Below the pieces are notes generated by a model. The model saw nothing but the letters and a program-made list of their open reading frames with translations, did no database searches and was not told where the DNA came from. Shown here one piece after another: positions 12,766 to 25,384 of a stretch of DNA of 64,000 bases. This stretch comes from Octopus vulgaris (Eukaryota), in the NCBI GenBank assembly GCA_951406725.2, contig OX597815.1, positions 207,700,001 through 207,764,000 of the forward strand, in the 5' to 3' direction. Each line of letters opens with the position of its first letter. Within the stretch, counting starts at the first letter, position 1. The translations under genes and the position numbers were made by a program.

Positions 12766-13309
12766 AGTACTGATTAGAACATCTATTATGAGGGACATTA
12801 ACTACATAATAACCAGACAGAAAACAGCATACACAAAACAGCAATATTAAGTACTTGTTCTAATATCCTAAGATATCATTCACTGGGATATTAATTCTTT
12901 GTTATCATAGTGAGAGATTTACGGTGTCAGCTAATCTCAACCATTCCTCTCTTTTGATACTAATCTTCTTAATCATTCCTGACTAGTTCATTAATAACCA
13001 TTTTTTTTTCCTTTTTTTACATACAATATTTATCCTCTATTCTTATCACATGTATGTATTGGTGTTCTGTTTTGTACTTGTCTTCAGATGTAATTAAGAA
13101 TATACGCTGATGTTAAATATCATGTTTACTTAAACAAACATATGAATATTAGTAGGTCATTTGAGAGATAGCTTCTATAAATTTTTAATGAGTATCAACA
13201 GTACACAATGAGTGCTATGTTATTTCCAAAGTAAGTACTTTTCAGTTTCTCCTTCTTATCGTCATTGTAATCACCACCATCATCATCATGACCAATACTT
13301 TTCAATTTT

Positions 13310-13770
13310 CTTTTATTCTTTTTTTCGTTTCAGTCATTGTGACTGTGGCCTTGCTGGAGCACTGCCTTTAGTCGAGCAAATCAACCCCAGGACTTATTCT
13401 TTGTAAGCCCAGTACTTATTCTACCGGTCTCTCTTGCTGAACAACTATGTGACGGGGACGTAAACACACCAGCATCAGTTGTCAAGCAATGTTGGGGGGG
13501 ACAAATAACAAACATATACAAACATATACATACATATATATATATATATATGTACGGGCTTCTTTCAGTTATATATATATATATATACGACGGGCTTCTT
13601 TCAGTTTCCGTCAACTAAATACACTCACAAGGCTTTGGTCAGTCCAAGGCTATAGTAGAAGACACTTGCCCAAGGTGCCACACAGTGGGACTGAACCCAG
13701 AACCATGTGGTTGGTGAGCAAGCTACTTACCATACAGCCACTCCTGCTACTTACCGCACAGCCACTCCAC
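13310..13770 (-). mobile_element. SINE family A
   Basis: Reverse-complement family A sequence with small internal duplications. Confidence 0.85.
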
Positions 13771-13805
13771 TTCTCGAATTTTTGTGAATAACATAGGTTA
13801 ATATA

Positions 13806-14190
13806 GGCGCAAGAGTGGCTGTGTGGTAAGTAGCTTGCTTACCAACCTCATTGTTCCAGGTTCAGTCCCACTGCATGGCACCTTGGGCAAGTATCTTTTA
13901 CTATAGCCTTGGGCCGACCAAAGCCTTGTGAGTGGATTTGGTAGACGGAAACTGAAAGAAGCCCATCATATGTGTGTGTGTGTGTGTATGCGGTTGTTTT
14001 CCCAACATCGTTTGACAACCAATGCCGGTATGTTTACATCCCTGTACCTTAGCGGTTCAGCAAAAGATACCGATAGAATAAATACTAGGTTTACAAAGAA
14101 TAAGTCCTGGAGTCTGTTTGTTCGACTAAAGGCAGTGCTCCCACATGGCCGCAGTTTAATGACTGAAACAAATAAGAGAATAAAAGAATA
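13806..14190 (+). mobile_element. SINE family A (older subfamily)
   Basis: Family A sequence with (AATAAAAG)-type tail. Confidence 0.85.
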
Positions 14191-14354
14191 ATATAAATTC
14201 GTACCATGGTTCTTAACCTGAGCAGTAGTACTCTGTTGAGGATATTGGGAGCTCAGAAGGGAGTAGCAAATGACAAAATGCCAAAGGAGAGCAATGGAGA
14301 GGGTGGGGTAGGGTCAAAGAATTTGTGTTTTCTTTCTTGTTTGAAAGGAAGATA

Positions 14355-14525
14355 GGCACAGGAGTGGCTGTGTGGTAAGTAGCTTGCTTACCAACCACAT
14401 GGTTCCGGGTTCAGTCCCACTGCGTGGCATCATGGGCAAGTGTCTTCTACTATAGCCTTGGGCTGACCAAAGCCTTGTGAGAGGATTTGGTAGACGGAAA
14501 CTGAAAGAAGCCTGTTGTATATATG

Positions 14526-14564
<39 letters not shown>

Positions 14565-14775
14565 TTGTGTGTCTGTGTTTGTCCCCCTAGCATCGCTTGA
14601 CAACCAATGCTGGTGTGTTTATGTCCCCGTCACTTAGCGGTTCGGCAAAACAGACCGATAGAATAAGTACTAGGCTTGCAAAGAATAAGTTCCGGGGTCG
14701 ATTTGCTCGGCTAAAGGCGGTGCTCCAGCATGGCCACAGTCAAATGACTGAAACAAGTAAAAGAGTAGAAGAGTA
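14355..14775 (+). mobile_element. SINE family A
   Basis: Full-length family A sequence. Confidence 0.9.
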
Positions 14776-14894
14776 TATAAAACCCAAGTACAACATATTT
14801 TCAAGTAAATCTTTTGTCAGGTTTCGAAATACATTGTGTTGTCCGTGGGTCGGACATTGTGTTGTCAGTGAGCAGAAGAAACCTGACTGATGGT

Positions 14895-15157
14895 TTACTC
14901 TTTTACTTGTTTCAGTCATTTGACTTCGGCCATGCTGGAGCACCGCCTTTAGTCGAGCAAATCGACCCCGGGACTTATTCTTTGTAAGCCCAGTACTTAT
15001 TCTATCGGTCTCATTTGCCGAACCGCTAAGTGATGGGGACGTAAACACACCAGCATTGGTTGTCAAGCAATGCTAGGGGGACAAACACAGACACACAAAC
15101 ACACACATATATATATATATATATATACATATATATGACAGGCTTCTTTCAGTTTCC

Positions 15158-15202
<45 letters not shown>

Positions 15203-15316
15203 ATAGGATTAGCTCGTATACGAGTAGGTATATATTTGTAACTGAAACATGTTATAATGTATATATAAAAATTAAAAATTGTATAATACAGCAGCATTTT
15301 CGAACTTCATTTTTTA

Positions 15317-15377
<61 letters not shown>

Positions 15378-15539
15378 ACAGGCTTCTTTCAGTTTCCGTC
15401 TACCAAATCCACTCACAAGGCATTGGTCGGCCCGGGGCTATAACAGAAGACACTTGCCCAAGATGCCACGCAGTGGGACTGAACCCGGAACCATGTGGTT
15501 GGTTAGCAAGCTACTTACCACACAGCCACTCCTGCGCCT
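14895..15539 (-). mobile_element. SINE family A interrupted by a (TA)n-flanked insert
   Basis: 3' half at 14895-15162 and 5' half at 15378-15539, with a duplicated ACAGGCTTCTTTCAGTTTCCGTCTA. Confidence 0.85.
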
Positions 15540-15588
15540 ATACCAACATCCAATATAATTCCAATATATAACGACTAACCTTCTTTAA

Positions 15589-15776
15589 CCCTTTAGCACT
15601 CAGATTATTTATTCACATCATTTTGAATTAACCATATATTATCTCATAGCTTTGAGACTACGATGATGTGACTGTTTATTTTTAGAATGACATTTAGGGT
15701 AGGTGTGAAAGGTCAGTTTAAACATAAAACAAGTGGATTATCTGAGCTGGATATGGCCAGTTTAGGTGCTAAAGGG
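15589..15776. mobile_element. piggyBac-type MITE
   Basis: TTAA|CCCTTTAGCA...TGCTAAAGGG|TTAA, i.e. a TTAA TSD with CCC/GGG termini. Confidence 0.85.
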
Positions 15777-16822
15777 TTAATAATTTTGATTTGAATTTAA
15801 CATTGGCACGTACTGGATAGGATAACATAAGAACGCAAGGATATTACAACACAGCACAAAATTAACCTCTGTTTAATTCAAAGAATCTGCTTGGATAGAC
15901 TGAGACCTCTGGAGATATGCTGTGACTGTGAAGACCCGTCAAATGAAGTAAGTTCATGGCTTGCAGGACAGCCTGCTGTGCTTACATTGGATTGTAGGGT
16001 GACCTGCTGTGCTTGAGGAGACCTACTGAGTCAAGACACTTGACCAAGATGCCACGCAGTGGGACTGAACCCAGAACCATGTGGTTGGTAGGCAAGCTAC
16101 TTACCACACAGCCACTCCTGCGCCTGTTAATTTTGTTTCATTTTGTACAGTAAAAATATATTTCATGGTTTATTATCGTTTATATCTTGAATTGCATATA
16201 TATGGCAGTACCAAAATCTTTTAAATGCTTAGGGTTTCTAGGGATCTTAATCCATCCCTAAAAGCAGTACATATGTAAGTGGTTATAAAATATTAGCCTA
16301 TGAATTTTTGCCAGCCTGTCGGTCCCATGAGGCCATTCGATTAAATACTTCATGTGCATTTGTACTGCTTTCTATACTCTGAGTTTGCAGAGTTTAACTT
16401 TGCTTTTCATCCTTTAAAAGTCTACTAACAAAGCAAGGACTGGACTAACAGAATTTTTAGAACACCAATCAGGATGCCTGGTGTTAACTATTCCAGCTCT
16501 ATGTATTTTGAATTCAAAATTCCACCTAAACCACTGTTCAATTTTTTTTTAAATTTCTGAGATGCTGTATCTATATGATGTAATAGTTGGACTGATGTCT
16601 TCATCTTGGTTGTTGCTTTCACAACATTTCAGAGAGAGAGAGGGTGGGGAGAGGACAGAAACAGAGTGAAGAGAGAGAGAGAGCTTTGTCTATACAGAAT
16701 CATATGGAGCAGTCTGTACAGAGTAACAATAGTAAATTCATTGACAATCTAAAGTGTTAAAAATCTTTGCATATAGCAAAGCAGGTTAGGTTCAAAAGAA
16801 AAGCCATACTGGTCAACATTAA

Positions 16823-17043
16823 CCCTTTAGTTTTTGCATTATTCTGCCAAAATTAATCCTTTTTAATCCACATCGTTTTGAACTAATCATGCATTATCTT
16901 GGAGCTATGAGATTTTGATGAGGTAGCTGTTAATTTTTAAAATGATATTGTAGGGTTGGTGTGAGAGACCAGATGTGGCCAGTTTGAACATAAAACAGGC
17001 AGAATACTTTTGGCCGGATATGGCCGGTTTAAATGCTAAAGGG
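16823..17043. mobile_element. piggyBac-type MITE
   Basis: TTAA|CCCTTTAG...CTAAAGGG|TTAA, same family as 15589. Confidence 0.85.
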
Positions 17044-17194
17044 TTAAGTAGGCAAAGAGACTCAAAGTATTATCAAAACAAATTTTTTCTGTGTGTCACT
17101 CAATCATTTTGAAGTGTTAATTGACAGAATCGTTACAGGGCAACCTGTGGCCTGCAGAACTTTCTGAATGGCAGAGGCCTAATAAAACATTAAA

Positions 17195-17520
17195 CTGGAA
17201 CTCCGTCGGTTACAATGAAGAGGTTTCCAGTTGATCGGATCATTGGAACAACCTGTCATGAAATTGATGAGCAGGTGGCTGAGCACTCCACAGACATGTG
17301 TACCCTTAATGTAGTTCCCAGGGAGATTCAGCATGACACAGAATGTGACAAGGCTGGCCTTTGAAATACAGGTATTACTAATTTTTGCCAGCTGAGTGGA
17401 CTGGTGCAATGTGAAATAAGGTGTCTTGCTCAAGGACACAACACATCACCAGGAATCGAACTCACAACCTTATGATCATGAGCTGAATATCCTAGCCACT
17501 AAGCCAATGTGCCTTCACCA
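17195..17520 (-). mobile_element. tRNA-derived SINE (family C-related)
   Basis: tRNA-like head plus CORE-like TCCTTGAGCAAGACACCTTATTTCAC. The tail matches that of the 3410 copy. Confidence 0.75.
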
Positions 17521-17932
17521 ATGAGATATTATCCTGAATATTTTTAGTAGTGCAACCCACCTTATGATGATCCATGTCTCATGCAGGCTCTCTTCTCAAG
17601 AGAAGCTGCCCCTGTCTGCATTATTGGAAAGAATACCTCACAATATTTGTTCTGAGTCTCTATGTGCTGAGTTCAAATGTAGTGACCATCACTTAAAGGA
17701 GGAGGGAAGTTATGGAAAAGACCCAGGAAGACATGGGACAAAATACTGAAAGCTGTTCTCAAAACACTGAGCTTTACAAAAGTGATGACAGAGGACTGAG
17801 ATATGTGGCACGATGCTGTACTCAGGAAGACCTGCCCACCACAATAAAATCGAGACCCTAAAAGCAAGGTGCCACGTAAAAATATTTGATGTGGGTGCTG
17901 GTGCCATGTAAAAAGCATCCAGTACACTTAAC

Positions 17933-18165
17933 CTATTTCTTTACTACCCACAAGGGGCCAAACACAGAGAGGACAAACAAGGACAGACAAATGGATTAAG
18001 TCAATTATATCGACCCCAATGCTTAACTGGTACTTATTTAATCGACCCCGAAAGGATGAAAGGCAAAGTCAACCTCAGCGGAATTTGAACTCAGAACGTA
18101 GCGGAAGACGAAATACTGCTAAGCTTTTCGCCCGGCGTGCTAACGCTTCTGCCAGCTCGCTGCCT
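17933..18165 (-). mobile_element. SINE family B
   Basis: Full-length reverse-complement family B. Confidence 0.85.
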
Positions 18166-18497
18166 CCAGTACACTTTACCTTTCATCCATTTGGGTAGAG
18201 CTGATAAAAATAGCACCAATCAAAGGCAGTGAATTGGTGGAAGTGTGAGAATAGGATGCCTTGTGAACTTCATCCTCGTTCTTTGTGTTCTGAGTTTAAA
18301 TCTTGCCATGGCTTTCGTGGGTGATAGACTTAATCCATCACCTGGGTTAACACCATCATTCGGCACCCTGGATGTCTTTAGTGAACTCCATTCTGTTGCA
18401 TGCTTTTAGGCCAGGTCTGCAGTTTCATGATAAATCTTTCCCTCCCTCCCAACAATCTCAGAAGCCCTGTAAAGGATAGGGAACACTGCTTAGGTAC

Positions 18498-18872
18498 AGG
18501 CGTGGCTGTGCACCAAGAAGCTTGCTTCCCAAGCTCATGGTTTTGGGCCCAGTCCTACTGTGTGGCATATTGGGCAAGTTTTTCTACAATAGCCTCAAGC
18601 TGACCAAAGCTTTGTGAGTGGATTTGGAAAGAAGAAACAAGGAATAGAAGCCTGTTTTGTGGGTGTATGTGTGTATACACATATATATATGGTTGTGTTT
18701 GTACCCCACTTGAGAGTGTTGGTTTGTTTATATCCTCATAATTTAGCAATTTGGCAAAAGAGACCGATAAACTAAGTACTAGTCTTGGGGGTCAATTACT
18801 TTGACTAAATCCAACAAGGCAGTGCCTCAGAATGGCCAGAATTCAATGACTGAAATGAGGGAAAGATAAATA
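18498..18872 (+). mobile_element. SINE family A, old diverged copy
   Basis: Recognisable head, middle and tail with many substitutions. Confidence 0.7.
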
Positions 18873-19172
18873 TAAGTTTCCTTTAAGACAATATGTGCAC
18901 ATGATGCTAAGTTCGACAGACAGGGTCAATAAATGGAGTTTAGGAAAGGCTTTGTTTTATGTGTTCACTATTCTCACAAAATACATTTGAATCTTCTTAT
19001 TCCAACCCATATTTTGTTATTTGTTGTTTCTTTTAATTATTTTGTGGGGTTTTTTTTTTCTCATTAAGAAGACAAACAGGATAATCTGTTGCCTAAAGAA
19101 TCTTCATAACAACACTTAGTCTCAGCATATGCTGAATAGCTGCGTTATAGCATTATTATCCGATAATGCTGA

Positions 19173-19251
19173 GATTATAATTATTATTATTATAATATTA
19201 TTATTATTATTATTATAATTATTATTATTATAATTATTATTATTATAATTA

Positions 19252-19287
<36 letters not shown>

Positions 19288-19299
19288 ATAATAATAATA

Positions 19300-19335
<36 letters not shown>

Positions 19336-19362
19336 ATAATAATTATTATTATTATTATTAAT
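19173..19362. repeat. (ATT/AAT)n microsatellite
   Basis: Direct observation. Confidence 0.95.
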
Positions 19363-19635
19363 TTTTTTTTATAATATATAGTTGCTAAAGAAGTGCCAAT
19401 CATTGAAGTGGAGGGGGGTTGTGGAAGAGGAACACCCAGGAAGATGTGGGATGGAGTACTGAAGGCTGGTCTCAAAGCGCTGAGCCTTACAAAGGAGATG
19501 ACAGAGGTGACAGAGGACCAAAAAGATTCATCCACCACAACAGAATTGAGATCCTAAAATCCAATCATTGGATTGGGTGTTGAGCCACATAAAAAGCAAT
19601 GGAGCTGGTTCCACATAGAAAGCACTCAGTACATA

Positions 19636-19800
19636 GGCGCAGGAGTGGCTGTGTGGTAAGTAGCTTGCTTACCAACCACATGGTTCTGGGTTCAGTCCCA
19701 CTGCGTGGCATCTTGGGCAAGTGTCTTCTGCTATAGCCCCGGGCCGACCAATGCCTTGTGAGTGGATTTGGTAGACGGAAACTGAAAGAGGCCCGTCGTA

Positions 19801-19866
<66 letters not shown>

Positions 19867-20074
19867 TGTGTCTGTGTTTGTCCCCCTAGCATTGCTTGAC
19901 AACCAATGCTGGTGTGTTTACGTCCCCGTCACATAGCGGTTCGGCAAAAGAGTCCGATAGAATAAATACTGGGCTTACAAAGAATAAGTCCCGGGGTCGA
20001 TTTGCTCGACTAAAGGCAGTGCTCCAGCATGGCCGCAGCCAAATGACTGAAACAAGTACAAGAGTAAAGAGAGT
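19636..20074 (+). mobile_element. SINE family A
   Basis: Full-length family A sequence. Confidence 0.9.
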
Positions 20075-20448
20075 ACAGTCGGTGGAGTGGTTGGCATTAG
20101 GAATGGCATCCAACCATAGAAAACAAGCCAAGACAGACTACAGAACTTGGTGTGGTCTGTGGCCTTGCTAACATGGAAAATATTAAATGATGATGATGAT
20201 GATATACATACACTGTATATGCTAGTGTTTAAGATGCACTTTTTCTTTTTATCCATAAACGTTATAAAAAAATTGCTTAAGGACCTAGTGTGAGCATTTT
20301 ATGAATGGGATACCAAGTGCTGAATGTATGACGAAATGTATTAAGATTTCCTGTTTTCCATAAGAAATTAGTGATGTGTCTTATATTCATGGGTGTGTTT
20401 TACACACTGGCATATATGGTGTACACACACACACATACATACATATAT

Positions 20449-20678
20449 ATTTCTTTACTACCCACAAGGGGCTAAATACAGAGGGGACAAACAAGGACAG
20501 ACAAACCGATTAAGTCGATTATATCGACCCCAGTGCGTAACTGGGTACTTAATTTATCAACCCTGAAAGGATGAAAGGCAAAGTCGACCTCGGCGGAATT
20601 TGAACCCAGAACGTAACGGCAGACGAAATATGGCTACGCATTTCGCCCGGCGTGCTAACGGTTCTGCCAGCTCACTGC
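20449..20678 (-). mobile_element. SINE family B
   Basis: Full length, flanked by catacatatat on both sides (TSD-like). Confidence 0.85.
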
Positions 20679-21460
20679 ATACATATATGCATGCCTGATA
20701 ACGATTGTGTTTCTTGTCTAAAAATATTTGTTACCTTCTGTGAAGTGATTTTAGAATAGTTTAAAATAGTTATAAACCTTTAATGGTATAAAAGGAAGTA
20801 AGTAATAAATGTTTGGTAGCTGAATCGGTAAAAATATTTAGAATCTAATATATGGGGGTTAATTTATTTTTGTTTACCTCAATTATTTAATCATTTTTAT
20901 ACTGTAAATGAAAACTGCCTATACATGAGTATATATATGTATATCATCATTATCATCATCATTTAACCTCTGTCTTCCATTCTGACTTGGAGTGGACAGT
21001 TTGACCAGATCTGGTATGGCCAGGTGTGCACCAGTGGAGGCACATGGCCTAGTGGTTAGAGCAGCTGATTCATGGTCGAGGGATCGCAGGTTCAAATCTC
21101 AGACCAGGCAATATGTGTGTTTATGAGCGAAACACCTATTATAAGTGAAATTGTACTTCAGAAATACATTACAAAAACTAATTTTCTTCAAGATGCTGTA
21201 GTAACCTGAGGATCTGCAAGCAATAACCAAAAAGTGATATGACATTGATAGATGTATATCCATTAGGAAGTTTGTGTATGAGATTTCTAAACAGAGAAAC
21301 TAAGCTTTTAAGTATATTTGAACAAAAAAAAAAAAATCACTCTCAACCATGTGGTCCTGGGTTCATTCCCTCTGTGCAGCACCTTGCGCAAAGATTTTCT
21401 GCTATAGTTCAGACCAACCAAAGCTTTGTGAGTGGATTTGGTAGACAGAAACTGAAACTA

Positions 21461-21697
21461 TAGGGCGATGAGCTGGCAGAAGTGTTAACACGCCGGGCAA
21501 AATGCTTAGTGGTATTTCGACTGCCACTATGTTCTGAGTTCAAATTTCACTGAACCCGACTTTGCCTTTCATCCTTTCGGGATCAATTAAATAAGTACTA
21601 GTTACGAACTGGGGTCAATATAATCGACTTAATCCGTTTGTCTGTCCTTGTTTGTCCCCTCTGTGTGTAGCCCCTTGTGGGTAGTAAAGAAATAAGA
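21461..21697 (+). mobile_element. SINE family B inserted in an old SINE A
   Basis: Family B sequence flanked by agaaactg.aactata (TSD-like). Confidence 0.82.
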
Positions 21698-21865
21698 AAC
21701 TGGAACTATAAGCTTATCTTATATATATATATATGCATGTATACATCTATGTTTGTGTGTTTGTGATTGTCCCCCACCACCAAATGACAACCAGTGTTGG
21801 TTTGCTTATACTCCATCCCCCATGACTAAGCAGTTTGGCTAAAGAGACTGACAGAATAAGTATCA

Positions 21866-22281
21866 GGTGCAGGGGTGGCTGTGTGGAAAGTAGCTTGCTT
21901 ACCAACCAGATGGTTCCGGGTTCAGTCCCACTGCGTGACACCTTGGGCAAGTGTCTTCTACTAGAGCCTCGGGCCGACCAAAGCCTTGTGAGTGGATTTG
22001 GTAGACGGAAACTGAAAGAAGCCCGTCATATATATGTATATATATATGTATGTGTGTGTTTGTGTGTCTATGTTTGTTCCCCTAGCATTGCTTGACAACC
22101 GATGCTGGTGTGTTTACATCCCCGTCACTTAGCGGTTCGGCAAAAAAGACCGATAGAATAAGTACCAGGCTTACAAAGAATAAGTCCTGGGGTTGATTTG
22201 CTCGACTAAAGGCGGTGCTCCAGCATGGCCGCAGTCATATGACTGAAACAAGTAAAAGAGGGAAAAGAGAGGGTAAAAGAG
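21866..22281 (+). mobile_element. SINE family A (young) inserted in an old SINE A
   Basis: Full length. The old host copy resumes at about 22282-22390. Confidence 0.85.
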
Positions 22282-22635
22282 ATCAGACTTATAAACGGAT
22301 AAAGTACTGGAGTCAATTTGTTCAACTAAACATGTCAAGGCATTGCCCCAGCATAATCACAGCCCAGTGACTGAAAACAAGAAAAAGATATATTTGGCAT
22401 CATCCAGTCCTGGTTTACCCAGCAGCAGCAAAAGGAAAATAGAATGTTTCAAAATAAAATTAAATGCTACCACATATTAACATACATAGCTTTGGGGGGA
22501 ACAAACTATCATTGAAGCTGGCGAAACCACTGACTTAATATGTATTTAACATTCCCTTTGTGAAACAGAGTGGAAAATAATAGCAGCTATGAGAACTAAA
22601 GAAACAGACAAAGCCCGTTGAGAAATGATAACAGT

Positions 22636-22898
22636 AGGCGCAGGAGTGGCTGTGTGGTAAGTAGCTTGCTTACCAACCACATGGTTCCGGGTTCAGTCCC
22701 ACTGCGTGGCATCTTGGGCAAGTGTCTTCTGCTATAGCCTCGGGCCGACCAAAGCCTTGTGAGTGGATTTGGTAGACAGAAACTGAAAGAAGCCCGTCGT
22801 ATATATGTGTATATATATATATATATATATGTTTGTGTGTCTGTGTTAGTTCCCTCCCCCCAACATCGCTTGACAACCAATGCTGGTGTGTTTACGTA

Positions 22899-22949
<51 letters not shown>

Positions 22950-23200
22950 ATATGTTTGTGTGTCTGTGTTTGTCCCCCTAGCATTGCTTGACAACCGATG
23001 CTGGTGTGTTTATGTCCCCGTCACTTAGCGGTTCAGCAAAAGAGACCGATAGAATAAGTACTAGGCTTACAAAGAATAAGTTCAGGGGTCAAGTTGCTCG
23101 ACTAAAGGCAGTGCTCCAGCATGGCCGCAGTCAAATGACTGAAACAAGTAAAAAGAGTAAAAAAAAAGAGAGAGAGAGAGAGTACTGAGAAGATCAATGA
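22636..23200 (+). mobile_element. SINE family A with internal duplication
   Basis: The segment from (TA)n to GCTGGTGTGTTTA is present twice. Confidence 0.85.
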
Positions 23201-23389
23201 GAGTGAAACTAGCAAATACATTAAAACAAGTAGTGACAGGTAGATCTTAATTAATCGTTTAATTAATTATCTCAATCTAAAATTGAACAAACATTAATGT
23301 AGTGCAAAATCTTTATAAGAGTTTTTAAGTGTTTTTCACTAGATTTTAGGCCCATATAAAGTCATACTGAGACATAAATACATTAATAT

Positions 23390-23920
23390 CTATTTCTTTA
23401 CTACCCACAAGGGGCTAAACACAGAGAGGACAAACAAGGACAGACAAAGGGATTTAAGTCGATTATATCGACCCCAGTGCGTAACTGGTACTTATTTAAT
23501 CGACCCTGAAAGCATGAAAGGCAAAGTCGACCTCGGTGGAATTTGAACTCAGAACATAGTGGCAGTCGAAATACCTATTTCTTTACTACCCACAAGGGGC
23601 TAAACACAGAGAGTACAAATAAGGACAGACAAACAGATTAAGTCGATTATATCGACCCCAGTGCGTAACTGGTACTTATTTAATCGACCCTGAAAGGATG
23701 AAAAGCATAGTCGACCTCGGCGGAATTTGAACTCAGAACATAGTGGCAGTCGAAATACCTATTTCTTTACTACCCACAAGGGGCTAAACACAGAGAGGAC
23801 AAACAAGGACAGACAAAGGGATTTAAGTCGATTATATCGACCCCAGTGCGTAACTGGTACTTATTTAATCGACCCTGAAAGCATGAAAGGCAAAGTCGAC
23901 CTCGGCGGAATTTGAACTCC
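23390..23920 (-). mobile_element. Head-to-tail trimer of SINE family B (period about 184 bp)
   Basis: Three units start ctatttctttactacccacaagggg at about 23390, 23576 and 23759. Confidence 0.88.
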
Positions 23921-24302
23921 AAAGTACACAAACACATGGAATACCCACAGCAAACACAAACGTAAATATGTACACACACACACATTTACATGTGAAGGCA
24001 CGTGGCCTAGTGGTTAGGGCATTGCACTCGCAACGGCAAGGTCACAGTTTCAATTCCCAAACCAGCTGGGCATTTTGTGCTTGAGCCAAATACTTTCTTC
24101 ACGTTGCTTCAGTTCCCTCAGCTGCAAATGGGTAACACCGCAATAGACCGATGTTCTGATCAGGGGCAATGTGGGCCTGCCTGCCTAATCAGTGGCGCGG
24201 CATCATTCAAAACCTACAACATGAAGAAGTGCATTGTGACCAGTGGTGTATAACAACACTCAACAACACCCAATAGTCTACTCAATATGGTAATAAGGTC
24301 GC

Positions 24303-24338
<36 letters not shown>

Positions 24339-24340
<2 letters not shown>

Positions 24341-24730
24341 CTCTTTTACTTGTTTCAGTCATTTGACTTCGGCCATGCTGGAGCACCGCCTTTAGTCGAG
24401 CAAATAGACCCCGGGACTTATTCTTTGTAAGCCCAGTACTTATTCTATCAGTCCCCTTTGCCAAACCGCTAAGTAACGGGGACATAAGCACACCAGCATC
24501 GGTTGTCAAGCAATGCTAGAGGGACAAACACAGACACACACACGCATATATACATATACATATATACGACAGGCTTCTTTCAGTTTCTGTCTACCAAATC
24601 CACTCACAAGGCTTTGGTCGGCCCGAGGCTATAGTAGAAGACACTTTCCCAAGGTGCCACGCAGTGGGACTGAACCCGGAACCGTGTGGTTGGTAAGCAG
24701 GCTACTAACCACACAGCCACTCCTGCGCCT
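24339..24730 (-). mobile_element. SINE family A
   Basis: Full-length reverse complement. Confidence 0.9.
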
Positions 24731-24991
24731 ACTGATGTGTTTTGTTTATCAGTAATTATTTGATTATTTATAATCATCTTTTATCTTGTATTTATTTCAG
24801 TCATTAAACCGCAGCTATGTTGGGGCACTGCCTTGAAGAATCTGAATCGAATGAAGCCACGTGGCTGCAAAGTAAGTGTCTTAACCATACAGCCATGCCT
24901 GCAGTTACACACACATACGCATGCACCCAACACAAACACACAAGTACGTGTGTGTGTGTGTGTGCATGTGAGTGTGTAATAACAGATGTAT

Positions 24992-25384
24992 ACTCCTTAC
25001 TCTTTTACTTTTTTCAGTCATTTGACTGTGGCCATGCTGGAGCACCGCCTTTAGTCGAACAAATCAACCCCAGGACTTATTCTTTGTAAGCCTAATACTT
25101 ATTCTATCGGTTTCTTTTGGCAAACCGCTAAGTCAATGGGACATAAACAGACCAGCATCGGTTGTCAAGCGATGTTGGGCAGGAGACAAACACAGACACA
25201 CAAACACATATATATATACATATACATGATGGGCTTCTTTCAGTTTCCGTCTACCAAATCCACTCACAAGGCTTTTGTTGGCCCAAGACTATAGTATAAG
25301 ACACTTGCCCAAGGTGCCACGCAGTTGGACTGAACCTGGCACTATGTGGTTCGTAAGCAAGCTACTTACCACACAGCCACTCCT
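24992..25384 (-). mobile_element. SINE family A
   Basis: Near full-length reverse complement. Confidence 0.88.
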
